Assembly (NCBI GenBank): GCA_008369845.1
Contig: MRSU01008587.1
Span: 1-48,811, forward strand
DNA from: Trichomonas gallinae
Lineage: Eukaryota
Length of the DNA stretch: 48,811 nucleotides
Direction: 5' to 3'
Part shown: one piece after another, positions 1 through 11,312 of the stretch
Position numbering within the stretch: the stretch's first letter is position 1
How the letters are laid out: every line of letters begins with the position of its first letter
Translations under genes and position numbers: made by a program
Notes under the pieces: model-generated
What the model was told of the DNA's origin: nothing
The model's input: only the letters and a program-made list of their open reading frames with translations
The model's database searches: none

Positions 1-617
1 GGGTACTGGATGAACTCGGAGTGCTTCTTGATGAGCTCCTTGAGCTTCTTCTCCTCGAGGAACTCGCTCATATCCTGCTTGAGGTAGAGATCGATGCGTG
101 TACCACGGATGAGGTCTTCGCCTTCAAGGTCGCGGCGGATTGTGAAGTTCTTGCCGGCCTCGGACTCCCAGATGTACTGGTCATCATCTGTGTGGTGGGA
201 TGTGACAACAACACGGTCAGCAACAAGGAAAGCGGAGAAGAAACCGACACCGAACTGACCAATGAGGGAAAGGTCTGCGCCCTCCTCGATGGCCTGCATG
301 AACTGGCGGGTGCCAGAGCGGGCGATTGTACCGAGGTTGTTGATGAGGTGGGACTTTGTCATACCGATACCAGAATCGATGATGGAGAGGCAGTTGTTCT
401 CCTTGTCTGGGCGGATGTGGATGAAGAGTTCCTTCTGCTTGCCAAGGATCTCCTGGTTCTTGAGGGACTCATAACGGATCTTGTCGCATGCATCTGAAGC
501 GTTGGAAATCAATTCACGAAGGAAGATTTCCTTGTTAGTGTAGAAAGCGTTGATGATAAGAGACATGAGCTGGTTGATTTCAGCCTGGAACTCAAGGGTT
601 TCGACTTCAGCAGACAT
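1..617 (-). CDS. HSP90: Cytosolic Hsp90, N-terminal ATPase domain (partial; continues beyond the left window edge)
   Basis: Manual minus-strand translation from ATG at 617 gives [53 protein letters not shown], the Hsp90 signature. GC-rich, high-expression codon usage. Missing from the ORF track because no stop lies in the window. Confidence 0.97.
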   Translation of the reverse strand, partial: MSAEVETLEFQAEINQLMSLIINAFYTNKEIFLRELISNASDACDKIRYESLKNQEILGKQKELFIHIRPDKENNCLSIIDSGIGMTKSHLINNLGTIARSGTRQFMQAIEEGADLSLIGQFGVGFFSAFLVADRVVVTSHHTDDDQYIWESEAGKNFTIRRDLEGEDLIRGTRIDLYLKQDMSEFLEEKKLKELIKKHSEFIQY

Positions 618-625
618 CTAAAAAA

Positions 626-639
626 AATGAAAAGCGGTC
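626..639 (-). promoter_or_regulatory. Hsp90 core promoter: GACCGCTT (M3-like) followed by initiator TCATT
   Basis: Minus strand reads GACCGCTTTTCATTTTTTTTTAG-ATG. TCATT fits the Trichomonas Inr (TCAYW). GACCGCTT fits the recalled T. vaginalis M3 consensus DRCSGYTD. Confidence 0.6.
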
Positions 640-858
640 GGCCATTTATAACCGAACACTTTCTAACAAAAAAATTTTTCGCGTCGTTGTGTTAATATTT
701 GAAATATACGCAATAACAATATCCCGTTTTCTTGTTAGATTTGATCATATCCTAAAAAGTGGCCAGGTGAGGTGATCGTTTACTATTCAGTCATATTTTT
801 GGCACTTTTTAATTGGTCTCAATTTTGAATCCTCCCTGAATTTTGTAGTTTTCCTTGA

Positions 859-1290
859 TACGGGCGAGAAAACTAAAATATAATAGATCTAAAACTATCA
901 TTATCAGACTTATGATTATTTTTCTTATTGTAGTTGTTTTTATTGGCGCGAAAGCGTAAAATCGTAAAAATGCTATAAAAGTATTATTATTGCGATTCTG
1001 ATTGTTTTCACTTACAGCATCATGTTAAAATTTTGAATTGAAAATAATCGTATACTCATATTTTGTGATGCGATTTTACGGGCGAGAAATCAGATACGAA
1101 AATACTTTAAAACAATCGTTATCAGTCTCATAATTGTTTTCAGTTTAATTCAGATTAAATTTTTGAATAGAAAATAATCGTATCACTAATTGTTTTTTGG
1201 TCGTATAATTTTTTTTAGAATACCGATAATTTGTACTTTTCAGAGTTAAAGTATTCATACAATCATTCGTTAAACTATTTTATCAGTGCA
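859..1290. repeat. Degenerate direct repeats in the Hsp90/ankyrin divergent intergenic region
   Basis: ACGGGCGAGAAA...TTATCAG.CT.AT.ATT.TTTT starts at about 860 and 1078. AAATTTTGAAT.GAAAATAATCGTAT occurs at about 1028 and 1159. A weaker copy lies near 946. Confidence 0.6.
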
Positions 1291-1930
1291 CCAGATAGCA
1301 TTAATTAATAATAATCCCATCACGTATTTTATTAGCTTACTGGAGTCTGTTATATCTTGGAATAGCACAGGAAGTAGAAGTAATATCCATCGATACATCC
1401 TGTTAATCTAAATCCATACAAACCAAAAATCCGAATCTCTGATTTACATTTCATATTAAATAAATTCAAATATTAGCTAGTGTATTGACAATTTTCCCAT
1501 CAAAGTCTATTAATTTAATTATATTTTGATTGATGATATAAATATCCTTCTCAGAATTCATCTTTGATCATGACAACAACAATTATGGTCAAAAATATAC
1601 ATATTTGTTTAAATCTAAGGTTGATTTATTCAGATTTAATTCCGATTATTTTTTATTTTTTTAATTTCTTGAGCGATTATTTAATAAACTTATCATAATT
1701 TCGAACAAATATACTATTCCATATATTCATATATTTCAATATTGACCCTAATATAATTTAATTAATAATCTAACTCAAATCATTACAACTACCAACATAT
1801 ACTTCAGATACAAGCTGTTGATTTATATATAAGCTTTTTTATAAATGTTTTATTCGATTATTGATGTTAATTATTTTTGACATGTAAAATGTCAAATAAT
1901 TTTATTGCCAAAAATTGGATAATTTTTAAA

Positions 1931-3358
1931 ATGGATCTCGCTGAGTACTTATTAAATTACAACGAAGAGAATTTCGATACGATTGTAAACATTATTAAAG
2001 GTTCTCCACTGGTCAATGATGAATCATCTTGCAAGCAATTCATACGAACTTTAATCAAATATTCAAATATACGTCCGAAAAGTCCAAAAATTTATGCAAA
2101 AACACTAAAATACATCTATGAAAACGATAAATCACCAGAGATACTTCAAAATTCAATACTCCACGTTTGTTTTACATCGACGCAGTATTTGCAACAAATG
2201 AATTTATTGTACCAGTGTTTTATCAACGGAATTATTCCATTTGAGATGATCGACAAAAACATTAAATACTTGATAGACAACAATGACTACGTTAAGGAAC
2301 TATACGCGAGTTTTCTCTGCTTCTTCGCGCCAGTTTTCATCAAAGAAGACCCAAAGACTTTTAACAGCATAAAATTCTTCGTTCTTAAAAAAATGTACAA
2401 AAATCTATTCTTAGAAAAATATGAGCCTTTCCTTGAATGCATGACTAAAGATAAAATAGATGATCTCCAGCTTCTCATCGATAACATTTATGATCCTAAT
2501 TCAGTTGAGTATCACATAATGAATGATGATTTTGAAGCCGCAAATGTTTGTTTCTGTCAACCTGATTTTTCCGATCATATGATATTGCGAACAACTTTCT
2601 TTTCAAGCTCAGACTTGATGACAGCGAAACTAACGCCAATCAAGCTTGCAGCTTACTTTGGAAGTCTGAATATTTTCAAATATTTCGTCATGAAGTTAGA
2701 TTTGATATGGAAAAACGAAAGTGATATCGTTCCACTAGCAATTTCAGGCGGAAACATGGAAATTCTCCGTATTCTCATGCAAAAGGGATGCAATTTTGGA
2801 AATTCTTTAGAAATGGCTGCGAAGTATCACAGATATTCAGTTTTCGAATGGCTTGTTGAACAATGCAATTTTGAAGTTACTTTTACTGTCCTCAATCAAT
2901 GTTGCATGGTTAACAACTTGACGAGCTTGAAGTATTCATTGGAGTCTGAGTTCGCTGGCAATATTAAGGAAAGTGACGCGTTTAATGTTGATGCACTCAT
3001 CGAAACATCAATTAAGTCTGGTTCACAAGATGTCTTCAAGTATCTGCTTGATTTTCCACACCAAAATATTAATTTTGCTCTAGCAGTTATTTGGAAGCAA
3101 CCATATATTGCTAAGATACTCTTGGAAAGATCAGATGTTATATTCGATTACCAACAAAGGTACTCAGACATTTTCACCTTAGTTGCAAGATGCGGCGATG
3201 TTGACGTAATAAAAATTTTCCTCGAATCTGGAAAGTATCAAATAACTGAGAGAACACTATTTTGTATGTATGGAGAAGCATATTACTATACAGATATTTT
3301 TGCTCAAGATTATCTCAAAGAGTTCTCCAAACAATCAGGTATACCTATCCCTCACTAA
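1931..3358 (+). CDS. Ankyrin-repeat / DUF3447-type protein (parabasalid expanded family)
   Basis: First ATG in good AAAATG context at 1931 (MDLAEYLL). Family motifs LAAYFGSLNIFKY, AISGGNMEILRIL and AAKYHRYSVFEWL. Confidence 0.85.
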   Translation: MDLAEYLLNYNEENFDTIVNIIKGSPLVNDESSCKQFIRTLIKYSNIRPKSPKIYAKTLKYIYENDKSPEILQNSILHVCFTSTQYLQQMNLLYQCFINGIIPFEMIDKNIKYLIDNNDYVKELYASFLCFFAPVFIKEDPKTFNSIKFFVLKKMYKNLFLEKYEPFLECMTKDKIDDLQLLIDNIYDPNSVEYHIMNDDFEAANVCFCQPDFSDHMILRTTFFSSSDLMTAKLTPIKLAAYFGSLNIFKYFVMKLDLIWKNESDIVPLAISGGNMEILRILMQKGCNFGNSLEMAAKYHRYSVFEWLVEQCNFEVTFTVLNQCCMVNNLTSLKYSLESEFAGNIKESDAFNVDALIETSIKSGSQDVFKYLLDFPHQNINFALAVIWKQPYIAKILLERSDVIFDYQQRYSDIFTLVARCGDVDVIKIFLESGKYQITERTLFCMYGEAYYYTDIFAQDYLKEFSKQSGIPIPH

Positions 3359-3771
3359 AATGTTTGTATAATCTAATTTTTTTGCATATAATAAATTAAC
3401 ACACTAATTATAACACTTTTTAATAACATATTGGACATTAAAACATTAAAGAAATATATTTCATGAAATATTTTTTTTTTTCTCTCTATATTGAGTCCTC
3501 ATCGTATCTTAACTTACATAATATTATTTTCATCTTCTGAAATATAAATGGAATTGCCATTATTTCATTAGTCTTTCTTGTATATATGATAATATAGCAG
3601 TATGATCGAGGTGTTTGCGAGAAATAATGTTTGCTTTCAAAGCATAATTACCCAGAATTAAACATATGGTCGAATAAATTATATGATACAGCATCATTAA
3701 ATATGAACATTTAATATATAAATAAAATAAAGAAACAAAACAAAAGTAGAATTAACTTAGATATCGAGAAA

Positions 3772-4524
3772 TTATTGGAATATTGAATTGATATATTCAT
3801 CAAAATCTACTCCTGAAAGATTGAATTCGAAATCTGGGAATAGAAAACGATCCTCATTTTTAGGAACATTCTGTTCTTGGACGACAGTAATTGCTCTATG
3901 ATTTGGATAATATGCTTCATCATGAATTAGCTTCTTTTCAGAATTATAAATTCGAATTCGATTATTCATAAATAAATAATGGTTAATTATTTGATTTTTC
4001 TTGTATGGTATCTTCGCATATGTAATTATTATAATGGTGTTTCCCCAATAATAATAAGTGATGAACGTTTTGAATTGATTATCCAATATTGTAAAATTAT
4101 GAGCTAATTCTTCGAAAGAGTCCTGGCGTAATATTGACATTATGATGGACTTAAATATTTCAGAAGTTTGAATTTGACCTGTTATTAACTCTTGGGACAC
4201 TCCTTTTAATTTAATGAAATGTGTATGAGAAAAGATATTTTTGAGAGATTCTGACCATTGTTGTTGAATAGAAAGATTGAGAATCAATTTGAATCGATCT
4301 GCTTCTCGAGGCAGTTTTTTCGCCATACCAATCTTTGCCAAAAACTGCACAAAATGATATATTATAACATCAGAAGTCTTAGGAAAACGTACATTCCTAA
4401 AATTTTCGAAATCTTTCTTGAGATCAAAAAATCCCATGCAAGATCTCCTAATGCTATCTGCATCACCACGTGAATATTTCTTCGTTTGAGCTATCAATTT
4501 GCTAATCTCGTGTCTAGAGTGCAT
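3772..4524 (-). CDS. Hypothetical protein (250 aa) with an acidic/aromatic C-terminal tail
   Basis: ATG-initiated 753-bp ORF in AT-rich DNA; no family recognised. Confidence 0.65.
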   Translation of the reverse strand: MHSRHEISKLIAQTKKYSRGDADSIRRSCMGFFDLKKDFENFRNVRFPKTSDVIIYHFVQFLAKIGMAKKLPREADRFKLILNLSIQQQWSESLKNIFSHTHFIKLKGVSQELITGQIQTSEIFKSIIMSILRQDSFEELAHNFTILDNQFKTFITYYYWGNTIIIITYAKIPYKKNQIINHYLFMNNRIRIYNSEKKLIHDEAYYPNHRAITVVQEQNVPKNEDRFLFPDFEFNLSGVDFDEYINSIFQ

Positions 4525-6124
4525 CTAAAGAGCTAGCTTTATCAATACTAATTTTTGAAGCTGCATTCAATTTTATAAAAGTAAAAACTGAATGAATAAT
4601 CCATTATTTGAAATATCAAATTTATCGTTTACAATTGAAAGAAAAATGAATTTTTGGAAATATGCTTGTTATATAGTTACATTTCATTATATCAGAAAAT
4701 AAACCCATTTCGAATTATCTCTCAAAATATAACGTATCTTTTTCTAACAATATACATTATGATGATATTATATATATATTTTAGCATGTTGAAATTCGAA
4801 TTGGAAGATGTGGAAGAACCGATGTAAATTACAGAAAATCATTGGCCGTCAAATTTTGACTTTTGAGAGGATTTATTCAACGTGCGTTGTATCCAAAAAT
4901 AAATGAATAGTCCTTACTCTTCGCACCATTTACATGCTGACGACATAAAATGATAATTTTTGTTTCGGCAGAAAATTCCTGATTTATTATTATCAATTTT
5001 TTGAATTTGTATTCTGGATTTATTGAAATATATTTAATGTTGGTAACTACGAAATGCAAATGTTTCATTAAGATTTTAGAAATCGGATAATATTTTATGC
5101 AAAATGTCAATCTGATGATTTAATTATTGAATTATTGCATACCTCATCATAAAAAATAGAATGATGGCCACTAAAGATATTTTATAAAAATTTGTCAATT
5201 GATTTTTGATTGATTATGACTATCACGATCTAAGCTATGGATTTTTTGACGGTGATATGTCTGATAATATGAATTTTCATGCAATATATTTTTATTAGGA
5301 ATCAATTAAACCTAATCACGTTCAAAATGGAGGCGTGAATGATAAGATAATATAATATGAATGATTCATAATGAGGTCTATCTTATCATCGTTGTTAATG
5401 TTGGTTGGTTTAGGATGTTGCAAATTTAATTCAAAAATGATTTGATTTATAATAAATCTTTATATGAAAATGGTAATAACGTGTGCATGTTTATCCTTTA
5501 TGTGTGTATTGATGACCATCAATACAAATAGAATATACCTTTGTCAAATTTGAGTATCGATAATTATTTTGGGAAAAATAGAATCATGTCACTTTTTACG
5601 AAATATGACACTTTACATGACGGAAAAAAATTGGAGATACTTAAAACATCAAAAAAGTGAGAGATGTTAAGAACATGGCTGTGAACTTGAGATACTATGG
5701 AAGAAAAAAAAGGCTCTACTGTGAGCTCAATTGAATTGGAAGAAAAAAATGTTTTGCATATTTTGACAAATTTAAAAAGGTTGTCCGGCAGAAAAGTACA
5801 ACTAAAAATTCTCGAAATTAATAATATAGAATGAGCATATAGTGACCATTAAAATTCTAGAATCCCATCAAAAAAATCCCGGTGGATTTTGAGATATAAA
5901 TTTAATGATAATGTCAGATTTTGGTATTTTTGACCATAAATTGTTAATTTGTCAAAATTTTAGATTTTTGACAATAAATAATTTATTTGTCAAAATATCT
6001 TTTTTATTATTTTCACGATTTTTGGTGAAAAATAAGACATATATTATATAGTAGTCTTGTATTTAATAATTAAAGATTTTTTGTCTTGGATTTCAATTGA
6101 ATAGTTTACATTGAATTAAAATCC

Positions 6125-8794
6125 ATGGCAGCCAGCATCAAGAAACAGATCCCAAAAAACCTTCTTGATCTTATTTCTGCCGGTATTTCGAGTAATCATC
6201 GCTCATTCCTTATTATTGTCGGCCCACACGGCACAGATCGCATTCCAACAATAAATACACTTTTACAGAAGAAAATGTCAACAAATACGAAAGTTCTTTG
6301 GTGCTATCATAGAGAGCTTCACATTTCCTCCAACAGAGAAAAGAGAAATCGTCAATTAAAGCAAAAGACACAAAATGGAACATTAAATGAAGATCTTGCA
6401 ACGGAACTTGATCTTTTCTTCGCAAATTCCAAACAAGTTACATTCGCCAAGTACTCTGAATCGCACAGAGTCCTCGGTCAAACATTCAACATGCTCGTTC
6501 TTCAAGATTTTTCATCTTTAACACCAAACATTCTCGCTCGTACAGTAGAAACCGTCTCTGGCGGTGGATTGATCGTCCTCCTCCTCGATGACATGCAATC
6601 ACTTAACGATTTGTACACTGTTACTATGGATTATCAGCGCGGAATGAATCGTGATGCTTTCGGCAAAGTTGCATCGAGATTCAATGCTAGATTCCATAAC
6701 AGCCTCAAATCATGCAGCAACTGCATCGCAATGACAGATGAATTCGATCTTTTAGATTCTGTGACGCCAAACTTCAAACCAGATACAACAGTCAGCGAGG
6801 ATTCGGAGCTCCATACAATCATCGAGCAATACACGAATGATGTTGATGCAATGAACCAGCGCCTTTCTGAAATAACAGATGAAAAGCAAAGAAAGCAAGT
6901 TGAGCACGAGCGCGATGAGAAACAGCAGATATTATCTATTGTCGAAAAATCTCTTACTGCAGATCAAGCGAAAACAGTTGGAAAAGTTATCGATGCAATC
7001 AAAGATCGCCAGCTCGGTAAAGTTGTTGGTATCACGGCTGCTCGTGGTCGTGGAAAATCAGCTGCTATCGGCCTTTCCCTTGCTGCTGCCCTTGCATTAG
7101 GTTATTCAAATATTTTTGTTACTGCGCCAAGTATCGCCAACCTCACAGCGCTCTTCGAGTTTGTTATCGTTGGTCTTAACGCTCTCGGCTTCCGTGAAGG
7201 CGAAGCTGAAGACTATGAAGTTGTTAAATCAAATCCAACATCATCCAAAGAACGCCCATACGTTACACGCGTCAATGTCCACTTATCACATGGCCGCCGC
7301 CAGACAGTCCAATACGTCAGACCGAATATGACGCAGTATCTAGGACAATGCGAAATTCTCGCGATCGATGAAGCTGCCGCCATTCCTCTCCCAGTTGTAC
7401 GCCAGCTTATGGGCCCATACACAACTCTCTTCTCGTCAACAGTCGATGGCTACGAAGGCACAGGACGCGCGCTTTCTCTCAAACTGTTCAAAGAGTTCCA
7501 GAAAACAATGAAGACGAGGTTCTCTCAGACAACACTGCAGCGTCCAATCAGATACAGCGAAGGCGACCCGATAGAAGCGTGGCTCCACAACCTCCTTCTT
7601 TTGGACGTTCATCCGCAGGAATGCTCACTTATTCCGGCACTTTCTGACACTGAACTTGTCCTTATAAACAGGGACGCCTTGTTTAATGGAAGCAGGGGCT
7701 CCGAGGAACTCCTTCGCGCTCTGATTTCTCTGTCAGTCGAATCCCACTACAAGAACACGCCGAACGACCTGACTCTGATGGCCGACTCGCCCAACCACAG
7801 AATCTTCGCCCTGATCAATATGAAGACTTTGTCGGGAAAGGGAATCCCTGAGATCATTGCCTTCCTCCAAGTTGCCCTCGAAGGCAGAATCGGCGACGAG
7901 CAGTTCTCCAATGCCGAGAACGGCAAAGGCAGGCGAGATGGTGACTTGATTCCATGGAACATCGCTAGGGCATTCGAGGAACCAGAGTTCGCACAGTTGA
8001 CTGGCGTGAGAATCATCAGGATCGCAGTCAACCCCGAGATGCAAAAGAAAGGCTACGGAACTGTCGCGATCGAGAAGCTCGTCCAGTACTACTCTGGAAG
8101 GGACGTCACTGAGAACAAAGTCACTCCTAACGCAAAGACACTGATGTACCCGCTATCTGCAGTTTCCCCTGAACCAGTCGACTACATAGGTGTCTCGTTC
8201 GGCCTCACGCGCGATCTGGCCCACTTCTGGCGCAAGTCAGGCTTCGTGCCATTGTACGTATCGAGGGAGACAAACGAAGTAACAGGCGAACACTCAGTTA
8301 TCGTCGTCAAGCCTCTCGCTGATACAGAGTGGCTACCTAGATTCACAGCTGAGTTCAAGTCGAATGTCTACAGATTGATGCCTACAATCTTCAGGGATGT
8401 AATGCCATTTGTCGTTGAGGAGATTCTATTTCCACTCCCTCAGTCGGAGAAAGACTCGGACGGAAAGTCGAGGCTAACTGATATAGATGTTAAGAAGCTC
8501 TCGAGATGGTCTGGAGATGGAATCGGAGCAATCAAGCACCTCCTTGAGTCTGTCTGCGACTTCATCTTCATCGACAACCCGCCTGTTAAACTCACACGCA
8601 CAGAACTTTTCGCAATCCTCATCATGGGCAAGCAGATGGCTGACGAAGAGGACTGCGCAAAGAGGCTCGAAATCCAAGTCAACCAGGTCGTTGCGCTGTT
8701 GAAGTCAGCGATCGGAAAGTTGTCGCGCTACTTGAACAAACAGCGCGGTGATAGAGATAGCAGCATGAATGCAAAAATTATAGAGAAAGAGTAA
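6125..8794 (+). CDS. NAT10: RNA cytidine acetyltransferase Kre33/NAT10
   Basis: Motifs VLWCY, LGQTFNMLVLQDF, Walker A TAARGRGKSAAIG, IDEAAAIP, STVDGYEGTGR, SHYKNTPNDL and GNAT RIIRIAVNPEMQKKGYG. Confidence 0.96.
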   Translation: MAASIKKQIPKNLLDLISAGISSNHRSFLIIVGPHGTDRIPTINTLLQKKMSTNTKVLWCYHRELHISSNREKRNRQLKQKTQNGTLNEDLATELDLFFANSKQVTFAKYSESHRVLGQTFNMLVLQDFSSLTPNILARTVETVSGGGLIVLLLDDMQSLNDLYTVTMDYQRGMNRDAFGKVASRFNARFHNSLKSCSNCIAMTDEFDLLDSVTPNFKPDTTVSEDSELHTIIEQYTNDVDAMNQRLSEITDEKQRKQVEHERDEKQQILSIVEKSLTADQAKTVGKVIDAIKDRQLGKVVGITAARGRGKSAAIGLSLAAALALGYSNIFVTAPSIANLTALFEFVIVGLNALGFREGEAEDYEVVKSNPTSSKERPYVTRVNVHLSHGRRQTVQYVRPNMTQYLGQCEILAIDEAAAIPLPVVRQLMGPYTTLFSSTVDGYEGTGRALSLKLFKEFQKTMKTRFSQTTLQRPIRYSEGDPIEAWLHNLLLLDVHPQECSLIPALSDTELVLINRDALFNGSRGSEELLRALISLSVESHYKNTPNDLTLMADSPNHRIFALINMKTLSGKGIPEIIAFLQVALEGRIGDEQFSNAENGKGRRDGDLIPWNIARAFEEPEFAQLTGVRIIRIAVNPEMQKKGYGTVAIEKLVQYYSGRDVTENKVTPNAKTLMYPLSAVSPEPVDYIGVSFGLTRDLAHFWRKSGFVPLYVSRETNEVTGEHSVIVVKPLADTEWLPRFTAEFKSNVYRLMPTIFRDVMPFVVEEILFPLPQSEKDSDGKSRLTDIDVKKLSRWSGDGIGAIKHLLESVCDFIFIDNPPVKLTRTELFAILIMGKQMADEEDCAKRLEIQVNQVVALLKSAIGKLSRYLNKQRGDRDSSMNAKIIEKE

Positions 8795-9035
8795 AAATAA
8801 AGTGATATTTGATTATTATTCAGGAAAATGGTAATAAAATACAATACATACAATACTAAGATACTTTAGTATAGTATTTGGTTGCATTATGTTTAAAATT
8901 GAAGATATTCCTAAAGCTTATGATTAATTATCAGAAAATTATGTATATAATTTCGTAAAAGCATCAACAGTCAATATAAATGAGAAAAAATACAAACAGA
9001 GTTTTTATGAATAAATAATATACAAACAAACATAT

Positions 9036-9587
9036 TTAATGGAAGCTAGTATATGAACGTGGGGTCTGTGGTCGTGCTGAGTACATAGTTGTAGCTCTGA
9101 CTTCTTTTGGAATTGATCGAATATTAGGAACATTTGGTTTTGGTGGCACACCTGAGTCAGCAGATCCAGACAAATAGTATTCATTCCTTTCTTGAACGAT
9201 TCTTTCAATCACGTGATTATCAACTTTCTTAGTTGGCCTCTTTAAATCTCGTTTAGCCATTGCATTCCTCCAGTCACGCAGTCTTTCAGCTTCGCTCCAT
9301 TCACGCTCAAGCCTTTCATGGGCCAATTTTGATTTTCGTTCGAAAGCAACATCAAACGTTCTTCTGCGTTTGTCTAAGTATCTATCTGATTGATAATCTC
9401 TTGCTGTGCTGATTGACCTTTCTTTTATTGTTAGTTGCCTTTTTTTTGGATAATCGCATTGATTTGTTGCAGTAGTTTCGATTTTATCGAATGAAATTGG
9501 CATCTTAAGAAATTCGTTGACAGCCGGTTCGAATGTATCTGTCGTTTTTAATTGACGACGTGGTGTTAATAAAGGTCTCGCAGACAT
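9036..9587 (-). CDS. Hypothetical basic, partly coiled-coil protein
   Basis: Likely start is MSARPLL at 9587. The ORF-track extension to 9671 runs through promoter repeats (IRFLKVTN twice). Confidence 0.7.
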   Translation of the reverse strand: MSARPLLTPRRQLKTTDTFEPAVNEFLKMPISFDKIETTATNQCDYPKKRQLTIKERSISTARDYQSDRYLDKRRRTFDVAFERKSKLAHERLEREWSEAERLRDWRNAMAKRDLKRPTKKVDNHVIERIVQERNEYYLSGSADSGVPPKPNVPNIRSIPKEVRATTMYSARPQTPRSYTSFH

Positions 9588-9609
9588 GGATTTTCTAACG
9601 TATACATTC

Positions 9610-9830
9610 GTCACTTTTAGAAACCTTATAATATTAGTCACTTTTAGAAACCTTATATAATATCTATTCATTTAGATGTTGGATGACTGACAATTCTCAC
9701 ATGATTTTGCCACATTTTCAAAATATAAGTAGGTATGTCTACAGTGATAAATTTCGTACTGATCCAACAGATTTTCCTTCACATCTAATTATTTTTGTCA
9801 AGTAAACTTGTCACTTTTAGAAACCTTATA
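9610..9830. repeat. Three identical 21-mers GTCACTTTTAGAAACCTTATA in a divergent promoter
   Basis: Exact copies at 9610-9630, 9637-9657 and 9810-9830; partial copy at 9838. Confidence 0.9.
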
Positions 9831-9867
9831 AATATTTGTCACTTTTGTCAAAAAGTGCAAAAGTTGG

Positions 9868-10728
9868 ATGACATCTAAAAGACTTAATTATGATAACGAT
9901 ATAATTTTATCTAAACTTGAACATTTCATTGGGCTTATCAATCCATATCAAGGTAGATCGCATCTCATCATAAGATCAAGAACAGATATTGAACCAGACC
10001 ATGGCAATAATTTATTTGATTTTGATAGACCGCATAAAAATGAGTTTTGGTTCCTTGTTCAGCAAATAGTTTATCAGCTTCAATGTCCTTGCTTACTGTG
10101 TCATCATTTTGGCAACTTTAGATCTGCCGATCACTTTCATGTACATATTGTTGTAAAAAGTAAGGATTTTGCAGCATTTGCATCAAAAAAGATGGAAGGC
10201 AAAGAAGTTCCGCAAGTGATCGAAGACCAAATAGAAAAGAAGTGCCAAATTTTAATCAAAAAACACTTTCAATATAAAGATGAAGAGCTAAGCAATATCG
10301 AATTAATAAAGCCGAAGAGTGAGAACCTTTGTGAAAAGGAATGGGATGATTATATTCTTGAATTACATGAATTTTATCCAAGAATCAGTTTTATTCCCAA
10401 ACAGCCAATTTTATACGAAAAAGATCCAGAAAGAGTATTTACACAACTTCAAATCTTAAGAGAAAAAGTCTTCAAAGCAATGGTATCATTCGCTAGACAT
10501 CATAAATTCTCCGCTTACAGAACTTGGCAGAAACTATCTGGCGATTTGTTTAATATTAATTTTGGCAGGCCTCCGAATGCTCTTATCTTTGGTATTTTGC
10601 AACCATTTGCGCCAGAATATTATGCAATTCATCCAAATCGTGACGTTTGGCTTGAAAACTGGAAGAAGTGCGCTGAACATCCAAATAATTACATCCACGT
10701 TGCTTTCGATCCGCTTTCTTGCGTTTAA
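9868..10728 (+). CDS. HIT-superfamily-like protein
   Basis: HFHVHIV matches the histidine-triad motif H-phi-H-phi-H-phi-phi. Upstream INPYQGRSHLIIRSR resembles the HIT motif DIxPxAxxHxLVIPK. Confidence 0.6.
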   Translation: MTSKRLNYDNDIILSKLEHFIGLINPYQGRSHLIIRSRTDIEPDHGNNLFDFDRPHKNEFWFLVQQIVYQLQCPCLLCHHFGNFRSADHFHVHIVVKSKDFAAFASKKMEGKEVPQVIEDQIEKKCQILIKKHFQYKDEELSNIELIKPKSENLCEKEWDDYILELHEFYPRISFIPKQPILYEKDPERVFTQLQILREKVFKAMVSFARHHKFSAYRTWQKLSGDLFNINFGRPPNALIFGILQPFAPEYYAIHPNRDVWLENWKKCAEHPNNYIHVAFDPLSCV

Positions 10729-10931
10729 TTCAATTCCATAATTTTTTTTTAATTATTAATAGAATAAATGTATATTGTTATTACTTTATTTTCTAAAAAT
10801 GCATATTTTGTATATTAATAAAGGTTTAGTTTTTTTTGTTCATATCATAATCAACAAATTGCTTGTGATAAAGAACGTTAATTAGACTGATTTAGTTTCT
10901 TATTATCACCCAATTTAAGCGAACAGCATAT

Positions 10932-11312
10932 TTAGAGCTTTAAGCGGATTTCCTGGATCTCGTGTGGATCGAATTCGATATCGGCGTTCTGACCATTTGG
11001 TGCGAACATATCACAAAAATCGAGGTCATCGATTTCGCCTGTAGAAATCTCCATACCGAGATTGCTTGGACGCTCATGTGTTCTAAATGCTGTTTGTGAG
11101 TGCTTGATAGCCTTACGCTCTAATCTGATGTGATCGGCGAAACCTTTGCCGAACATAGCAGAGAGAGTAGCGAATTCATTTTTAGTAGCGATTTTTGCGT
11201 TTTCCTGAATTAATATTTCAAGTGGGTGCTGGTTGATTGTACCGTGTCTGAGGTTTGGAAGGCCTTCACGGAGGCGATCAACTGGCTCGCGCGGCATGAA
11301 CTGATCATACAT
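10932..11312 (-). CDS. UMP1: Proteasome maturation factor Ump1/POMP
   Basis: HPLE motif, LSAMFGKG..IRLER, SNLGMEISTGEIDDLDFCD and DPHEIQEIRL follow the Ump1 layout. First ATG is at 11312. Confidence 0.85.
   Translation of the reverse strand: MYDQFMPREPVDRLREGLPNLRHGTINQHPLEILIQENAKIATKNEFATLSAMFGKGFADHIRLERKAIKHSQTAFRTHERPSNLGMEISTGEIDDLDFCDMFAPNGQNADIEFDPHEIQEIRLKL

Noticed and set aside
21..497. 158-aa plus-strand ORF (and short ORFs 68-262, 262-474)
   Set aside because: Shadow frames of Hsp90. Strong codon bias keeps the antisense frame open, and it begins at a non-ATG codon.
754..810. Inverted repeat AAAAAGTGGCCA / TGGCACTTTTT as a possible snoRNA terminal stem
   Set aside because: No convincing C/D or H/ACA boxes. 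Better explained as two opposite-facing AAAAGTG promoter boxes.
5697..5834. 45-codon ORF MEEKKGSTVSS... upstream of NAT10
   Set aside because: A-rich, no homology or codon bias, and no Inr; consistent with chance.
9588..9671. N-terminal extension of the 9036 ORF with repeated IRFLKVTN
   Set aside because: This is the translation of the duplicated promoter 21-mer; the real start is more likely 9587.
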